Source of the DNA: a virus
Taxonomy: Duplodnaviria; Caudoviricetes
IMG/VR virus record: IMGVR_UViG_3300023184_002538
Span: 1 to 63,671 of that record
Direction: 5' to 3' (one strand)
Length of the DNA stretch: 63,671 bases
Shown: positions 41,798-51,071 of the stretch, one piece after another
Position numbering within the stretch: the first letter of the stretch is position 1
Layout: each line of letters begins with the position of its first letter
Position numbers and translations under genes: made by a program
Notes under the pieces: model-generated
What the model saw: the letters and a program-made list of their open reading frames with translations, nothing else
Databases searched by the model: none
Told to the model about the DNA's origin: nothing

Positions 41798-42583
41798 TTA
41801 GTTTTTATAAAAAGATATAGAATAGTTTGCTATCTGACCGTAGTCAGTTAACGGATTCAAGTTAACAACTTCGGGCCTAAACACAGTTGTTGGAAGATAT
41901 ATAACTCGCAATCTCAAATTCCTATCTTCAGCATAATCAGACATCGACGCACCGGGACCAATCCATTCCCAATCATCTCCTCTAGTTGATATTGAGTTTT
42001 TAGTTAATCGTCTATATAGATCTGATAACATATCCATTGCTGTTGAAGAACCATAGAAGAACTCATCAGATACATTAATCCTGCTAAATTCAAAATCCAT
42101 TCTTGCTTCATTGGTACAAAATATATCAAGATGATTATCTCTATTAGCATAATCGTTTATTGTAAACCTATATGTGGGATCAAATATTATATCATATCTA
42201 GATCTAACAACAAAGTCGTATCTGAAATTGTTTTCAATTTCGTATTGTTTTTTTAGATTGTTAGCACACATCATTGAATATGATAACGAATCCCATGGAA
42301 ATCGCCTGTTGTTAAAAGTACCAACTGATTCAATTGTAAACTTTTTAGGTTTATAAAGATTGATCTTTTCTGTTAACCAATTTACATCCACACTTTCGTC
42401 ACCATCCCAATACACAGGATGTTCATCGGGTTCCGGGTTTGGTTTTTTTCTTTTATAGGTATTATAGTCCCACGAATGACAGAAAAAGTCATAGTCGTGA
42501 TCTCCAGAAAAATATTGTAAAATATTCGGAGCAGAGTAATCTATAGTCCTAGGTTGTCCGCTTAAACAAATCGCTATTCTCAT
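41798..42583 (-). CDS. Putative glycosyltransferase-like protein
   Basis: RIAICLSGQPR...FCHSW...YDFVVRSRYD...SDEFFYG. Confidence 0.58.
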   Translation of the reverse strand: MRIAICLSGQPRTIDYSAPNILQYFSGDHDYDFFCHSWDYNTYKRKKPNPEPDEHPVYWDGDESVDVNWLTEKINLYKPKKFTIESVGTFNNRRFPWDSLSYSMMCANNLKKQYEIENNFRYDFVVRSRYDIIFDPTYRFTINDYANRDNHLDIFCTNEARMDFEFSRINVSDEFFYGSSTAMDMLSDLYRRLTKNSISTRGDDWEWIGPGASMSDYAEDRNLRLRVIYLPTTVFRPEVVNLNPLTDYGQIANYSISFYKN

Positions 42584-43091
42584 AATTTATACATTCAGTT
42601 TTTATTTTAAGTGTTTTTAAAAAATAATAAAAGTCTTCACCTATTGTTCCTAGTTTTCTATCTTTAGGTAGCGTATGCAGTTTTAATCCAAAATTACATG
42701 CTAGGTCAAAGGTAACAGAATTAGAGAAAAATATTTGAGGTGATGCGCCGGTTGATCCTTTTAAAGAAAAGAAATCACCTTTGGCAAAATAAATCTTATC
42801 TTTATTATAGTAGTGTATATTTAATAAAATTTTATGGTTTAAAAAAAGATCAGCAGTATCGTCACTAGTGTCAATTGCTAGACAAACATCAAAATCTTTT
42901 TTATTAATTAATTCAGTTTGTCTCTTTTTAAAGGAAACTTTCCAAAGATTGTTGTATATATCGTTGTCTTCATAATGATTGAAATAGTTAATATTATATA
43001 GATAACTGAGGTTATCTGCACAATACTGTTTTATAACATGTTCGTTAGTGTTTGATATTCCATATAGACATACTGCTAGATCAGGCTTCAT
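42549..43091 (-). CDS. Hypothetical protein, possibly a degenerate member of the same GT-like family
   Basis: LAVCLYG...KKRQTEL...FDVC echoes 41798-42583. Confidence 0.5.
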   Translation of the reverse strand: MKPDLAVCLYGISNTNEHVIKQYCADNLSYLYNINYFNHYEDNDIYNNLWKVSFKKRQTELINKKDFDVCLAIDTSDDTADLFLNHKILLNIHYYNKDKIYFAKGDFFSLKGSTGASPQIFFSNSVTFDLACNFGLKLHTLPKDRKLGTIGEDFYYFLKTLKIKTECINYENSDLFKRTT

Positions 43092-44514
43092 ATATCCCCG
43101 TTTCAAAATTTCTTATACCATCCTTGTGCAGTTCCATAATTTCAAATACCTTAGGTACTTCAATAGCGTTATACCATGGTGCAATTTCTGGAAATGATTC
43201 TAATATGTTTTTACCTCTACGTTTGTCGTATTGTGTGAAAAAACTTTTAAAATCTACAAGCAATAGTTTTTTATCATCAGGCGCAAATACATGTCCTTTG
43301 TCCAATACTTCTATATAATCAAGGAGACGCTGTATCTGTGCCATCTCTCCGCTTAGAAATAATTTAGAGTCTTTATTTTTATCATACCAAACTTTTAATT
43401 TAGCATGTAGTTCTTTCTTAACATCATCAGGTAATGTAAGCGGACTCATAAAACTTGGCCAACGTAACATATTTAAAGATAGGTTAGGTCTGTGATGTCC
43501 GTACTTGCTCTTTAATTCAATTACATCATCTAAAAATTCTGTTATACTAAACAAACATAGATTGTTGATAGTCATCATAATAGTCAATGCTCTAAAATTA
43601 GCATTTTCTATAAAAGTTGATAGATTGTTACGCCACTGTTTGTAATCTAATCCATCTCTAATATATTCAGCATGGGCTCCAAAACTTTCATTGCTTGTGT
43701 ATAAATCAAATTCTTTGATTGGCAATGTTTTGGTCATGTTGATTAATTTTTCAAGAGCCTTATCACTCATGCCCAAATTACTATTAACTGCAAATCTTAA
43801 ATTCGTAGATTTGTTTTCATGTAGTATATCAACAAATCTCCAGAAGTTTTGACTCACTGTGGCTTCACCTCCGGTAATTCTAATCTCATCTAATGTTTTA
43901 GATAGTTCAGGCCACCATGCAAAGAATGCATCCACATATGGATTGTTTTCCATATGTCTCCCGTTTATCTCTGTCCAACTGCCGTCCGATTGATATGCTC
44001 CACCACCACCTCCCGGTGATGAGAAATTCTGATATGCCCCATTCTTTTCTAAATCTTGTGCCCATGTAGAACTATATCCTGCATTGCAATAACTACAGGC
44101 AAAATTACATTGTCTATCAAAACTTATCTCTAATGTTTTTAAATTAACATCAGCATTCCAGGGTAGATCTTTTAGTTTCTTAATATCTTCTTCACTATAT
44201 ATTTCACTCTTGTATATCCTATCACTAGGATTGTTTCTACCTATTCCTTCAATTTTCCAACAGTAAGAACATTCAGCAGGTTTTGCACCTTCTAGCATCA
44301 TCTTACGCATATTCTTTTTATGATCAGTATTATGTATCGCAGAAGGATTTGTTTTGATCTGTTCTATATCAATAGGATGTGGCAAGGGTAAATGGCAACT
44401 CATAGTTTGCCCACTACCTAAGTGTATACTGGCATTGTACCACTTGGCCGCACAGAAACTAGGACTTATAGAGTTTAGGTTCTTATCACGCCATTCAATT
44501 TGTTCATCACTCAT
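43081..44514 (-). CDS. Radical SAM protein with N-terminal Cys/His domain
   Basis: FCAAKW...SCH...ECSYCW; CNFACSYC; TGGEA. Confidence 0.88.
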   Translation of the reverse strand: MSDEQIEWRDKNLNSISPSFCAAKWYNASIHLGSGQTMSCHLPLPHPIDIEQIKTNPSAIHNTDHKKNMRKMMLEGAKPAECSYCWKIEGIGRNNPSDRIYKSEIYSEEDIKKLKDLPWNADVNLKTLEISFDRQCNFACSYCNAGYSSTWAQDLEKNGAYQNFSSPGGGGGAYQSDGSWTEINGRHMENNPYVDAFFAWWPELSKTLDEIRITGGEATVSQNFWRFVDILHENKSTNLRFAVNSNLGMSDKALEKLINMTKTLPIKEFDLYTSNESFGAHAEYIRDGLDYKQWRNNLSTFIENANFRALTIMMTINNLCLFSITEFLDDVIELKSKYGHHRPNLSLNMLRWPSFMSPLTLPDDVKKELHAKLKVWYDKNKDSKLFLSGEMAQIQRLLDYIEVLDKGHVFAPDDKKLLLVDFKSFFTQYDKRRGKNILESFPEIAPWYNAIEVPKVFEIMELHKDGIRNFETGIYEA

Positions 44515-44515
44515 A

Positions 44516-45979
44516 TTAGTAAGGTCCTTTAGTTTGCCATCTGGTTGTACACATTTTGCATTGTGTAAAGAATTCTTCAAATTCTGGAAACGTTTCTACA
44601 AAATTAGTTCCTCTACGCAGATCATATTGAACTATATAATCTGCAAACTGACTTCTTAGGTGATTTAACTTTGCTGAATTTTTCTTAGATCCTAACGATA
44701 TCATCTCATCTCTAATAACATAAAATAAACGTTCAAATCTATTTACTTCATAATCAAAAAAGCCCTTTCCACATAGTGGTGGCCAATTCATATGATGTAT
44801 GTTTTTAAACATGTGTGTTACCGAATCTTCTACAATTGGTAGAAATTCTGCAGATGCAACCCAAGGTGCTAAGAACTCGGGCCAACGAACGTAAGGAACA
44901 TCAATAGACACAGGATTCTTTCTTATCGGTTGTTCTGTATATTTCCATTTCATATCAATAACATCATCCATTAGTAATTTAAAACTAGGGATGCTTAGAA
45001 TGTTATAGGCGGCCATGACTGCTAGATGTACATCTGGAATCTCAGAAAGGACTCTGTGACAGTTCTTTAACCAACGATCATAGTTTAATCCATATCGTAT
45101 ATACTCTGCATGTTTCCCATGCGCTTCATTGCTGGTGTACAGTTTAAATGACTTTACCGCTTTCTTTTCTTGAATGATCTGCATCTTTTTAATGAAAGTA
45201 TTCATTAAGTTAGCAGGAACATCAAGATTAGAATTAATGTTAAATTCCATTTCAGGCTGCGGATTATCAATTAGATAGTCTAACACTCTAAACACTTGTT
45301 TGCTTAATAACGGCTCGCCGCCAGTGATCCTAAATACTCTTAGATCTTTAACAGCAGATGGCCACCATGCCCAAAATGCATCTATATATGGATTTGGTTT
45401 AGTTATGGGCAAAGGCATTGAGTCTGTTTCTTTAAGATACTCTAAACTATGTAACGTTAAATTATCTAACTTATAAGGTCCATACTGCTCTATCTCCTGC
45501 CTCCATGTTGATGAATATGATGGAGAACAATATGCACATTTAAAATTGCATGTTGTATCAAACGATACTTCTAAGTACGTGGGATTAACATCAGCATCCC
45601 AAGGCTGTTTGGTAATCTGTTCTAGATAAGGTCTTGCCCAATATTCTGAACTTTTAGTTATACGGTCACTGAATGCACCGCTTTCATCATCTTCTACTTG
45701 TGCATCTTCTGCTCGCCAACAGTAATCACATTCTGCAGGACGAATGCCTTCAAGCATTAGTTTACGTTGTTCTTTTTTATAATCAGTATTGTGTAATGCA
45801 CTTGGAGAACGTTTGATTTCATCTAGTGATATCTTGTGTGGACTGGGATGATGACAACTATGTGTTTGCCCTTGCCCAAGATGCATAGACACTTGGTTCC
45901 ATTTGGCTACACACATACTCGGACTGACAAGGTCTAACTCTTTTTTAGTGTTTTTAAATCTGGCTGCGTGATTGGTCAT
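44516..45979 (-). CDS. Radical SAM protein, paralog of 43081-44514
   Basis: MCVAKW...SCH...ECDYCW; CNFKCAYC; TGGEP. Confidence 0.88.
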   Translation of the reverse strand: MTNHAARFKNTKKELDLVSPSMCVAKWNQVSMHLGQGQTHSCHHPSPHKISLDEIKRSPSALHNTDYKKEQRKLMLEGIRPAECDYCWRAEDAQVEDDESGAFSDRITKSSEYWARPYLEQITKQPWDADVNPTYLEVSFDTTCNFKCAYCSPSYSSTWRQEIEQYGPYKLDNLTLHSLEYLKETDSMPLPITKPNPYIDAFWAWWPSAVKDLRVFRITGGEPLLSKQVFRVLDYLIDNPQPEMEFNINSNLDVPANLMNTFIKKMQIIQEKKAVKSFKLYTSNEAHGKHAEYIRYGLNYDRWLKNCHRVLSEIPDVHLAVMAAYNILSIPSFKLLMDDVIDMKWKYTEQPIRKNPVSIDVPYVRWPEFLAPWVASAEFLPIVEDSVTHMFKNIHHMNWPPLCGKGFFDYEVNRFERLFYVIRDEMISLGSKKNSAKLNHLRSQFADYIVQYDLRRGTNFVETFPEFEEFFTQCKMCTTRWQTKGPY

Positions 45980-47757
45980 ATGTTCCTTAGTTTGTATTGT
46001 TCTTCTATCCACTCACGACTATTGATCATTCTAAGTAAATCATAATCGTCTTTGTTAATTGTAACCCAATCTATTGCACATTGGGCAGCATCTTTTGAAT
46101 ACTTATTGAGTCTGTGGGAGGTATTACCTTTTAACCATGTTTTTAATCTGGCCTTACTGTCTTTGTCTTTAGAGTTCTGTAAAACATTATAGCACAGTTT
46201 TGCACATTCCCTAAATGTACTTCGCCAAACTGAAATAGGATCTGTGTCAAATGCTGTTATATTACTGATTGTATCTATTATCTTAAGTTTATCTATAACT
46301 GTAGTTGATAGGTCCAATGTAGTCCAAGACTTAGCAGACAACATTGCTTGCTTAGAAAATAACTTTACTCCTCCGTATCCATACACCAATCCATTGATAG
46401 GATTTTTAGCACGCCAAATATGTGTGCAGTCTCTATCATGTATGTTAGGCTGATGATCAAATTGAAATTCATCAGTTAGGTAAGCATCACCGTCTACTAC
46501 AAAAAACATATCAGTATCAACTAATTTGGCTGCGGCTTGATGAGCATTGAATATACCCGTTACTCCATTTACACGCTTAGCCTTTGGTGCTTTTTCTAAT
46601 ACACGTTGCCAGTTTTCTTCTGCATTTGTTTCTTGATAACTTATAAAAACAACTTCAGGAATAGGAACATACATTTCTTTAATACCTTTACTGTCTTCAG
46701 TAGTAGATACTTTAAGAGCCCAAGTATCGTATTCATCATCCATATACCATATATGCTCATAGGCTAAGTCATGCCAAGGTATGATATAATCAGGAGTGAA
46801 GTTTAATTTAGGTACTTCGGAATTATATTCAACATGGTGCGTAGGACTAATGTAGTCTACAATCTTACTGTCATATATAGTTGGTGTTACCCTGGCCTTT
46901 ATGGCCCATATTTCATCTTCACCATTTTTTAAATGCTTATTATCTAACATCCATACATGTTCATATGCCAAATCATGATAAGGTATTACATAATCAATCA
47001 CATAATCCATCTTGGGCAAATCTGGATTATATTCAATATGATACTGAGGAGATATCGTTCCATACCATTTCCAACTGTTAATCTTTTTGTAGGCAGCAGT
47101 AAATTTGACCACCCACATTTGTTTATATGGGATATGTATTGGATCTAATTCCCAAGCACATTCGCTTCCTAAATCCCAATAAGCAGGATAACATTGATTG
47201 ATATCGATACCTAAATCAGGCAAGTCTTCATTATACTCAACATCAATTAAAGGCATAACATATCCCATGTCTTTGATACCTTTAACTTCTTTACCATAAG
47301 GCTTGCAACTCATGACCCATATTTTATCATCCGTAGGATTGACCCTGGGATCCATATACCAAACTAATTGATATATACTGTCCCATGGCTCTGGTTCAAA
47401 CTGTCCGTATGGATCATTTTCAAAAGTCATTACCTTATCTATATCTGGATTTCTATTCCATAATAGTTTAGGTTTGGTTATTTCTAATATCTCATAACCG
47501 ATCTCTGGTGTCCAATATCCATTGAACAACTTAGCAACCCAATCTCCTTGATATTGCCAAACTACACATTTATTTGTTGATGGCATATCATCTATATATG
47601 CTTTTAGTGTATCATCTTTTAACCATGGATTGAATGCTATAAATTTACCATAGTCATTACCCAGTCGGTACAACTGTATATCATAATCTATATGGTCACC
47701 AGTCCACTCTATAGATTTAACATCGTTTGGATTTATCTGTACAATTTCATCATTCAT
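45976..47757 (-). CDS. Repeat-domain protein fused to a C-terminal GT-A-like domain
   Basis: About four Trp/Tyr-rich repeats (EYN...P...P.wDL.yE..W.lD...W..K), then VVFISYQE, VVDGD, YGYGGVK, WRSTFRE. Confidence 0.65.
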   Translation of the reverse strand: MNDEIVQINPNDVKSIEWTGDHIDYDIQLYRLGNDYGKFIAFNPWLKDDTLKAYIDDMPSTNKCVVWQYQGDWVAKLFNGYWTPEIGYEILEITKPKLLWNRNPDIDKVMTFENDPYGQFEPEPWDSIYQLVWYMDPRVNPTDDKIWVMSCKPYGKEVKGIKDMGYVMPLIDVEYNEDLPDLGIDINQCYPAYWDLGSECAWELDPIHIPYKQMWVVKFTAAYKKINSWKWYGTISPQYHIEYNPDLPKMDYVIDYVIPYHDLAYEHVWMLDNKHLKNGEDEIWAIKARVTPTIYDSKIVDYISPTHHVEYNSEVPKLNFTPDYIIPWHDLAYEHIWYMDDEYDTWALKVSTTEDSKGIKEMYVPIPEVVFISYQETNAEENWQRVLEKAPKAKRVNGVTGIFNAHQAAAKLVDTDMFFVVDGDAYLTDEFQFDHQPNIHDRDCTHIWRAKNPINGLVYGYGGVKLFSKQAMLSAKSWTTLDLSTTVIDKLKIIDTISNITAFDTDPISVWRSTFRECAKLCYNVLQNSKDKDSKARLKTWLKGNTSHRLNKYSKDAAQCAIDWVTINKDDYDLLRMINSREWIEEQYKLRNI

Positions 47758-47803
47758 ATATACTAATTATCCTAGTATATAATGATCAATTTAACTTCTT
47801 GAA

Positions 47804-49261
47804 TTAGATAGGTAATTCTACAATAGAGGTATTAATATCTGCTAACTTGTCTCTATAATTGTAATTAAATCCAGCAAATAAATATGTTGTAGCAGTATTA
47901 GTATCAATAGGAGCACTATATTCTGCCGGTAGTGGTGCATATCTACCATTTAAATCCACACTAGAGTAATAATGGAATGCTCTGGTTAGATTTCTTAGTG
48001 TGGTCGTTAGACCTTCATCAAGATCACTACTTAAATCTCTTAAATGATTTATTTCAATTTTAAGAGAACCGTAACCATCATCTTCCACTATAAACATAGA
48101 ACCAGGAGCAAGGTACTCTCCAAAATAACTGCTATAATCTGATGCTGTGGTAGTTTTTACTACATAGTCATTACTGTAATATACTTGTGCATTTGTTCCT
48201 GTACTAAATGGAATTTTATAAACTTTAGACCAAAATGGATACGCTGGAATAAGAGATTCTGTACCTAATCCAAGAGAAGCCACATTAGCATATACACTTC
48301 CACCACTACCATATATAGGTACACCATCCCCGCCCATACCTACACCGATTGTGAGATATCGTTGATTATCCATTAGATCATAACTTATACCTACAATGCT
48401 GTTGTAATGACTTGCTGGACTTGTCCAACTGCCAATATTTTTATTTGCATTATGATCTATGTTTATAGTTCCAGTATTTACAACACTAACTAAAGCGTCA
48501 AGACCTCTAACTGTTAATGTTGATACATAGTTACCATTTACATTATTAACTTCATACGGATTAAATTGAAGATATATACGATTAGTACTTGTGCTTTCTA
48601 TTGTCCAAGCATTGCTGCCGGTTATCGTAGCAGTAAAACCAATTGGCCAATCTGGCCACGGCGCGGTATCGTATATAGGAATAATTTTATAAGTAACACG
48701 CTGTACTTGACCATAATGATTTGTAGATGTTGAATAGCCAGATGGATCTATTTCAATTCCTGTACTAATACCAATTACTTGATGTGTGAGAACTCTATAA
48801 TAACCACCGATACTGTTTGAACCCAATATGAAATAGTTATTGTATACACCTTGGGCGGTACCTCTATAGGCTATTTCAAATGTACTTGTAGTGCCTGGTT
48901 GTACGGTGATGGTACCAGTTCCTAGCAATGCTGCTCCTGGTTGATAATAGAATCTAGGACCTATTTCTTCTTCAAACGAATAGGTTAATGATGTGATCGT
49001 TAATACAGCATTTCCTATATTTGTTAGATAAACAGTTTGTCTCGAACTAGTTGTATATGCAGGAGTTACAAAATCATCTAGTGTATTAACTTGTAATAAG
49101 GGACCACTATATGCAGTAAATGACGAGGTGGTAAAATCTTGTCCATCTAAATTATGCACAGTTTGTATTTGAGGGGCGCCACCACGAATTATTCCACCAC
49201 CGACTATGTTAAATGATAGCAGACTACCTAATCTTGTATTGACATCAAATGAGGTTGCCAT
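47804..49261 (-). CDS. Putative virion structural protein (Ig-like segment)
   Basis: T/S/G/Y-rich; LTNIGNAVLTITSL...TVQPGTTSTFEIAY resembles an Ig-like beta-sandwich. Confidence 0.55.
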   Translation of the reverse strand: MATSFDVNTRLGSLLSFNIVGGGIIRGGAPQIQTVHNLDGQDFTTSSFTAYSGPLLQVNTLDDFVTPAYTTSSRQTVYLTNIGNAVLTITSLTYSFEEEIGPRFYYQPGAALLGTGTITVQPGTTSTFEIAYRGTAQGVYNNYFILGSNSIGGYYRVLTHQVIGISTGIEIDPSGYSTSTNHYGQVQRVTYKIIPIYDTAPWPDWPIGFTATITGSNAWTIESTSTNRIYLQFNPYEVNNVNGNYVSTLTVRGLDALVSVVNTGTINIDHNANKNIGSWTSPASHYNSIVGISYDLMDNQRYLTIGVGMGGDGVPIYGSGGSVYANVASLGLGTESLIPAYPFWSKVYKIPFSTGTNAQVYYSNDYVVKTTTASDYSSYFGEYLAPGSMFIVEDDGYGSLKIEINHLRDLSSDLDEGLTTTLRNLTRAFHYYSSVDLNGRYAPLPAEYSAPIDTNTATTYLFAGFNYNYRDKLADINTSIVELPI

Positions 49262-49262
49262 A

Positions 49263-51059
49263 TTAATTTCCTATCTTAGATTTTTTAGGATTTCTGTAGT
49301 CTTCTACAGTTAACTTTATATCTATCGGTTGCCATGCTGTATAATCAAAATCATCTTCACGAACCCAGGCGGTATGTGCATAACCGTTAATCATGATTGT
49401 ATGGCTACCACCAACTACACAATTATAAAGATCAGTTTCTGGAGGTAGATAGTAGGGTTCAAATGTTTCTAACTTTCTACCTCCATTTGTAGTTTGTATT
49501 TCAATACCTGTAGTCGCTTTATGTAATTCAATATCAACTTGTCCAATAGACCAAGGAGATGTCCAAATATCAGTTGTGCCGTTACCCAAATCCATTTCGT
49601 ATGATTCTTTCCAACCTGCAAGTACTCCATCAGTTCCTGGACTAGGATCTATACAATAGAATTTCTTATCAGTAGTTACAAATACTTCGTCATTGGTACA
49701 ATCATGATCATCGTTGATCTTGTACATTGGAATATTACCCATTTTGCTATAATACAAGGCCAATACAGGATTACATTCGCCAAATGCTCCAACAACCATG
49801 TCACCTACTCTAAGATCTCTAAAGTTCTTAACACTACCGTCGGCCATAGTAATTTTAGCATCTGGTAAGAAACATTCTCCTGCGCCTGGACCCGCTGGTC
49901 CACCATTTGCACCAGTGGCACCACCGCCACCATTATTGCCTCCGTCAGCGCCGTGTGGTGTAGCAGCACCTATATTGGCACCAGATGTGTACCCACCACC
50001 TCCAAGACTGCCGCCGCCACCATAACCACCGCCGCCACGGCCGCCGCCGCCGCCAGTTGGAGCATAGACTATAGGTACAGGTTTGGCGCCTATACCAACA
50101 TAATTATTAATTTTTAAAATTACTGGACCAACTAGATTACCATTGATAGTTACCGCAGAACTATAATTCCCTAATACACTAGTTGAATTGGTATAATCTA
50201 AAGAGAATACAATAGAACTTAATGGAGCAAGTGTATATATAGGAATTATTGAATTGGTAAATTCAATAGCATCACCGACTACTGGACCACTGCCCGGAGG
50301 AGCACTCATTATAACAGTATCGCCATTGATACTTTGTATTTGTTGAGTACCATCATAACCATTACCAGTTGCTTCCCATCCTATATCAAGACCAGTTGTA
50401 TTGTTTAAGGTTAAAAAGTTAGTGGATGATGTAAAAATATTCGGATTACCTGCACTAGTTGATGGAGTAGTGTCTGCTAATGCACTAACAACAATAGTAC
50501 TGCCATCTTTTACTGATGTTACAGTTCCCGGAACAGTATATCCATTTCCGCTGATTGTCCAACCTGCTCCAAGTCCAGTGGTATTAGATAATGTTATTTC
50601 TTTGGTAGATGTAGAAAATATAACACTTCCACCGGGTGTGGGAGCACCCGATGGCACAGAACTCATAGTCAATGTATTTGTTCCGCCAGATATACCAATA
50701 ATATATACACCTGCCCAAACTCCATTGCCTTGCCAACCTGTGACCAATCCAGTAACATTGGTCACTGTTAATAAACTAGAGGTAATATATGCACCAGGCG
50801 GACTACTGGCAATTGTCTTGGTTATGGGTCTAGTGTCTGATACAAAAGTTTTTCTTAAAGGACTTCCCGTTACATAAGTTTTAGATCGAGTTTGTACTGT
50901 GGTGTTTGGAGTGTGGTTAGTATTTCCTGTGAAAATACCACCAAAGTTAGAAAAATCACTGTGATGCTCTATACCCGATTGATCAACAAACGTTACACTA
51001 CGTATGTCTGCAGATGTGTCAGTACTAAGGTTTTGTATAGTGTACGGTGTATATGCCAT
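49263..51059 (-). CDS. Putative virion protein with internal repeats, Gly-rich linker and C-terminal Hint domain
   Basis: Three (L.NTTGL..GW...GNG) repeats; GECFLPDAKITMADG...LRVGD.V...LYNCVVGGSHT...NG. Confidence 0.72.
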   Translation of the reverse strand: MAYTPYTIQNLSTDTSADIRSVTFVDQSGIEHHSDFSNFGGIFTGNTNHTPNTTVQTRSKTYVTGSPLRKTFVSDTRPITKTIASSPPGAYITSSLLTVTNVTGLVTGWQGNGVWAGVYIIGISGGTNTLTMSSVPSGAPTPGGSVIFSTSTKEITLSNTTGLGAGWTISGNGYTVPGTVTSVKDGSTIVVSALADTTPSTSAGNPNIFTSSTNFLTLNNTTGLDIGWEATGNGYDGTQQIQSINGDTVIMSAPPGSGPVVGDAIEFTNSIIPIYTLAPLSSIVFSLDYTNSTSVLGNYSSAVTINGNLVGPVILKINNYVGIGAKPVPIVYAPTGGGGGRGGGGYGGGGSLGGGGYTSGANIGAATPHGADGGNNGGGGATGANGGPAGPGAGECFLPDAKITMADGSVKNFRDLRVGDMVVGAFGECNPVLALYYSKMGNIPMYKINDDHDCTNDEVFVTTDKKFYCIDPSPGTDGVLAGWKESYEMDLGNGTTDIWTSPWSIGQVDIELHKATTGIEIQTTNGGRKLETFEPYYLPPETDLYNCVVGGSHTIMINGYAHTAWVREDDFDYTAWQPIDIKLTVEDYRNPKKSKIGN

Positions 51060-51071
51060 TATGTTCCTCGA

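Noticed and set aside
8186-47757. RiPP cluster
   Set aside because: No short precursor ORF, peptidase or transporter is evident; the intergenic gaps are too small to hold one.
49263-49874. Canonical splicing intein
   Set aside because: Lacks the terminal His-Asn + Cys/Ser/Thr junction and the block-B His.
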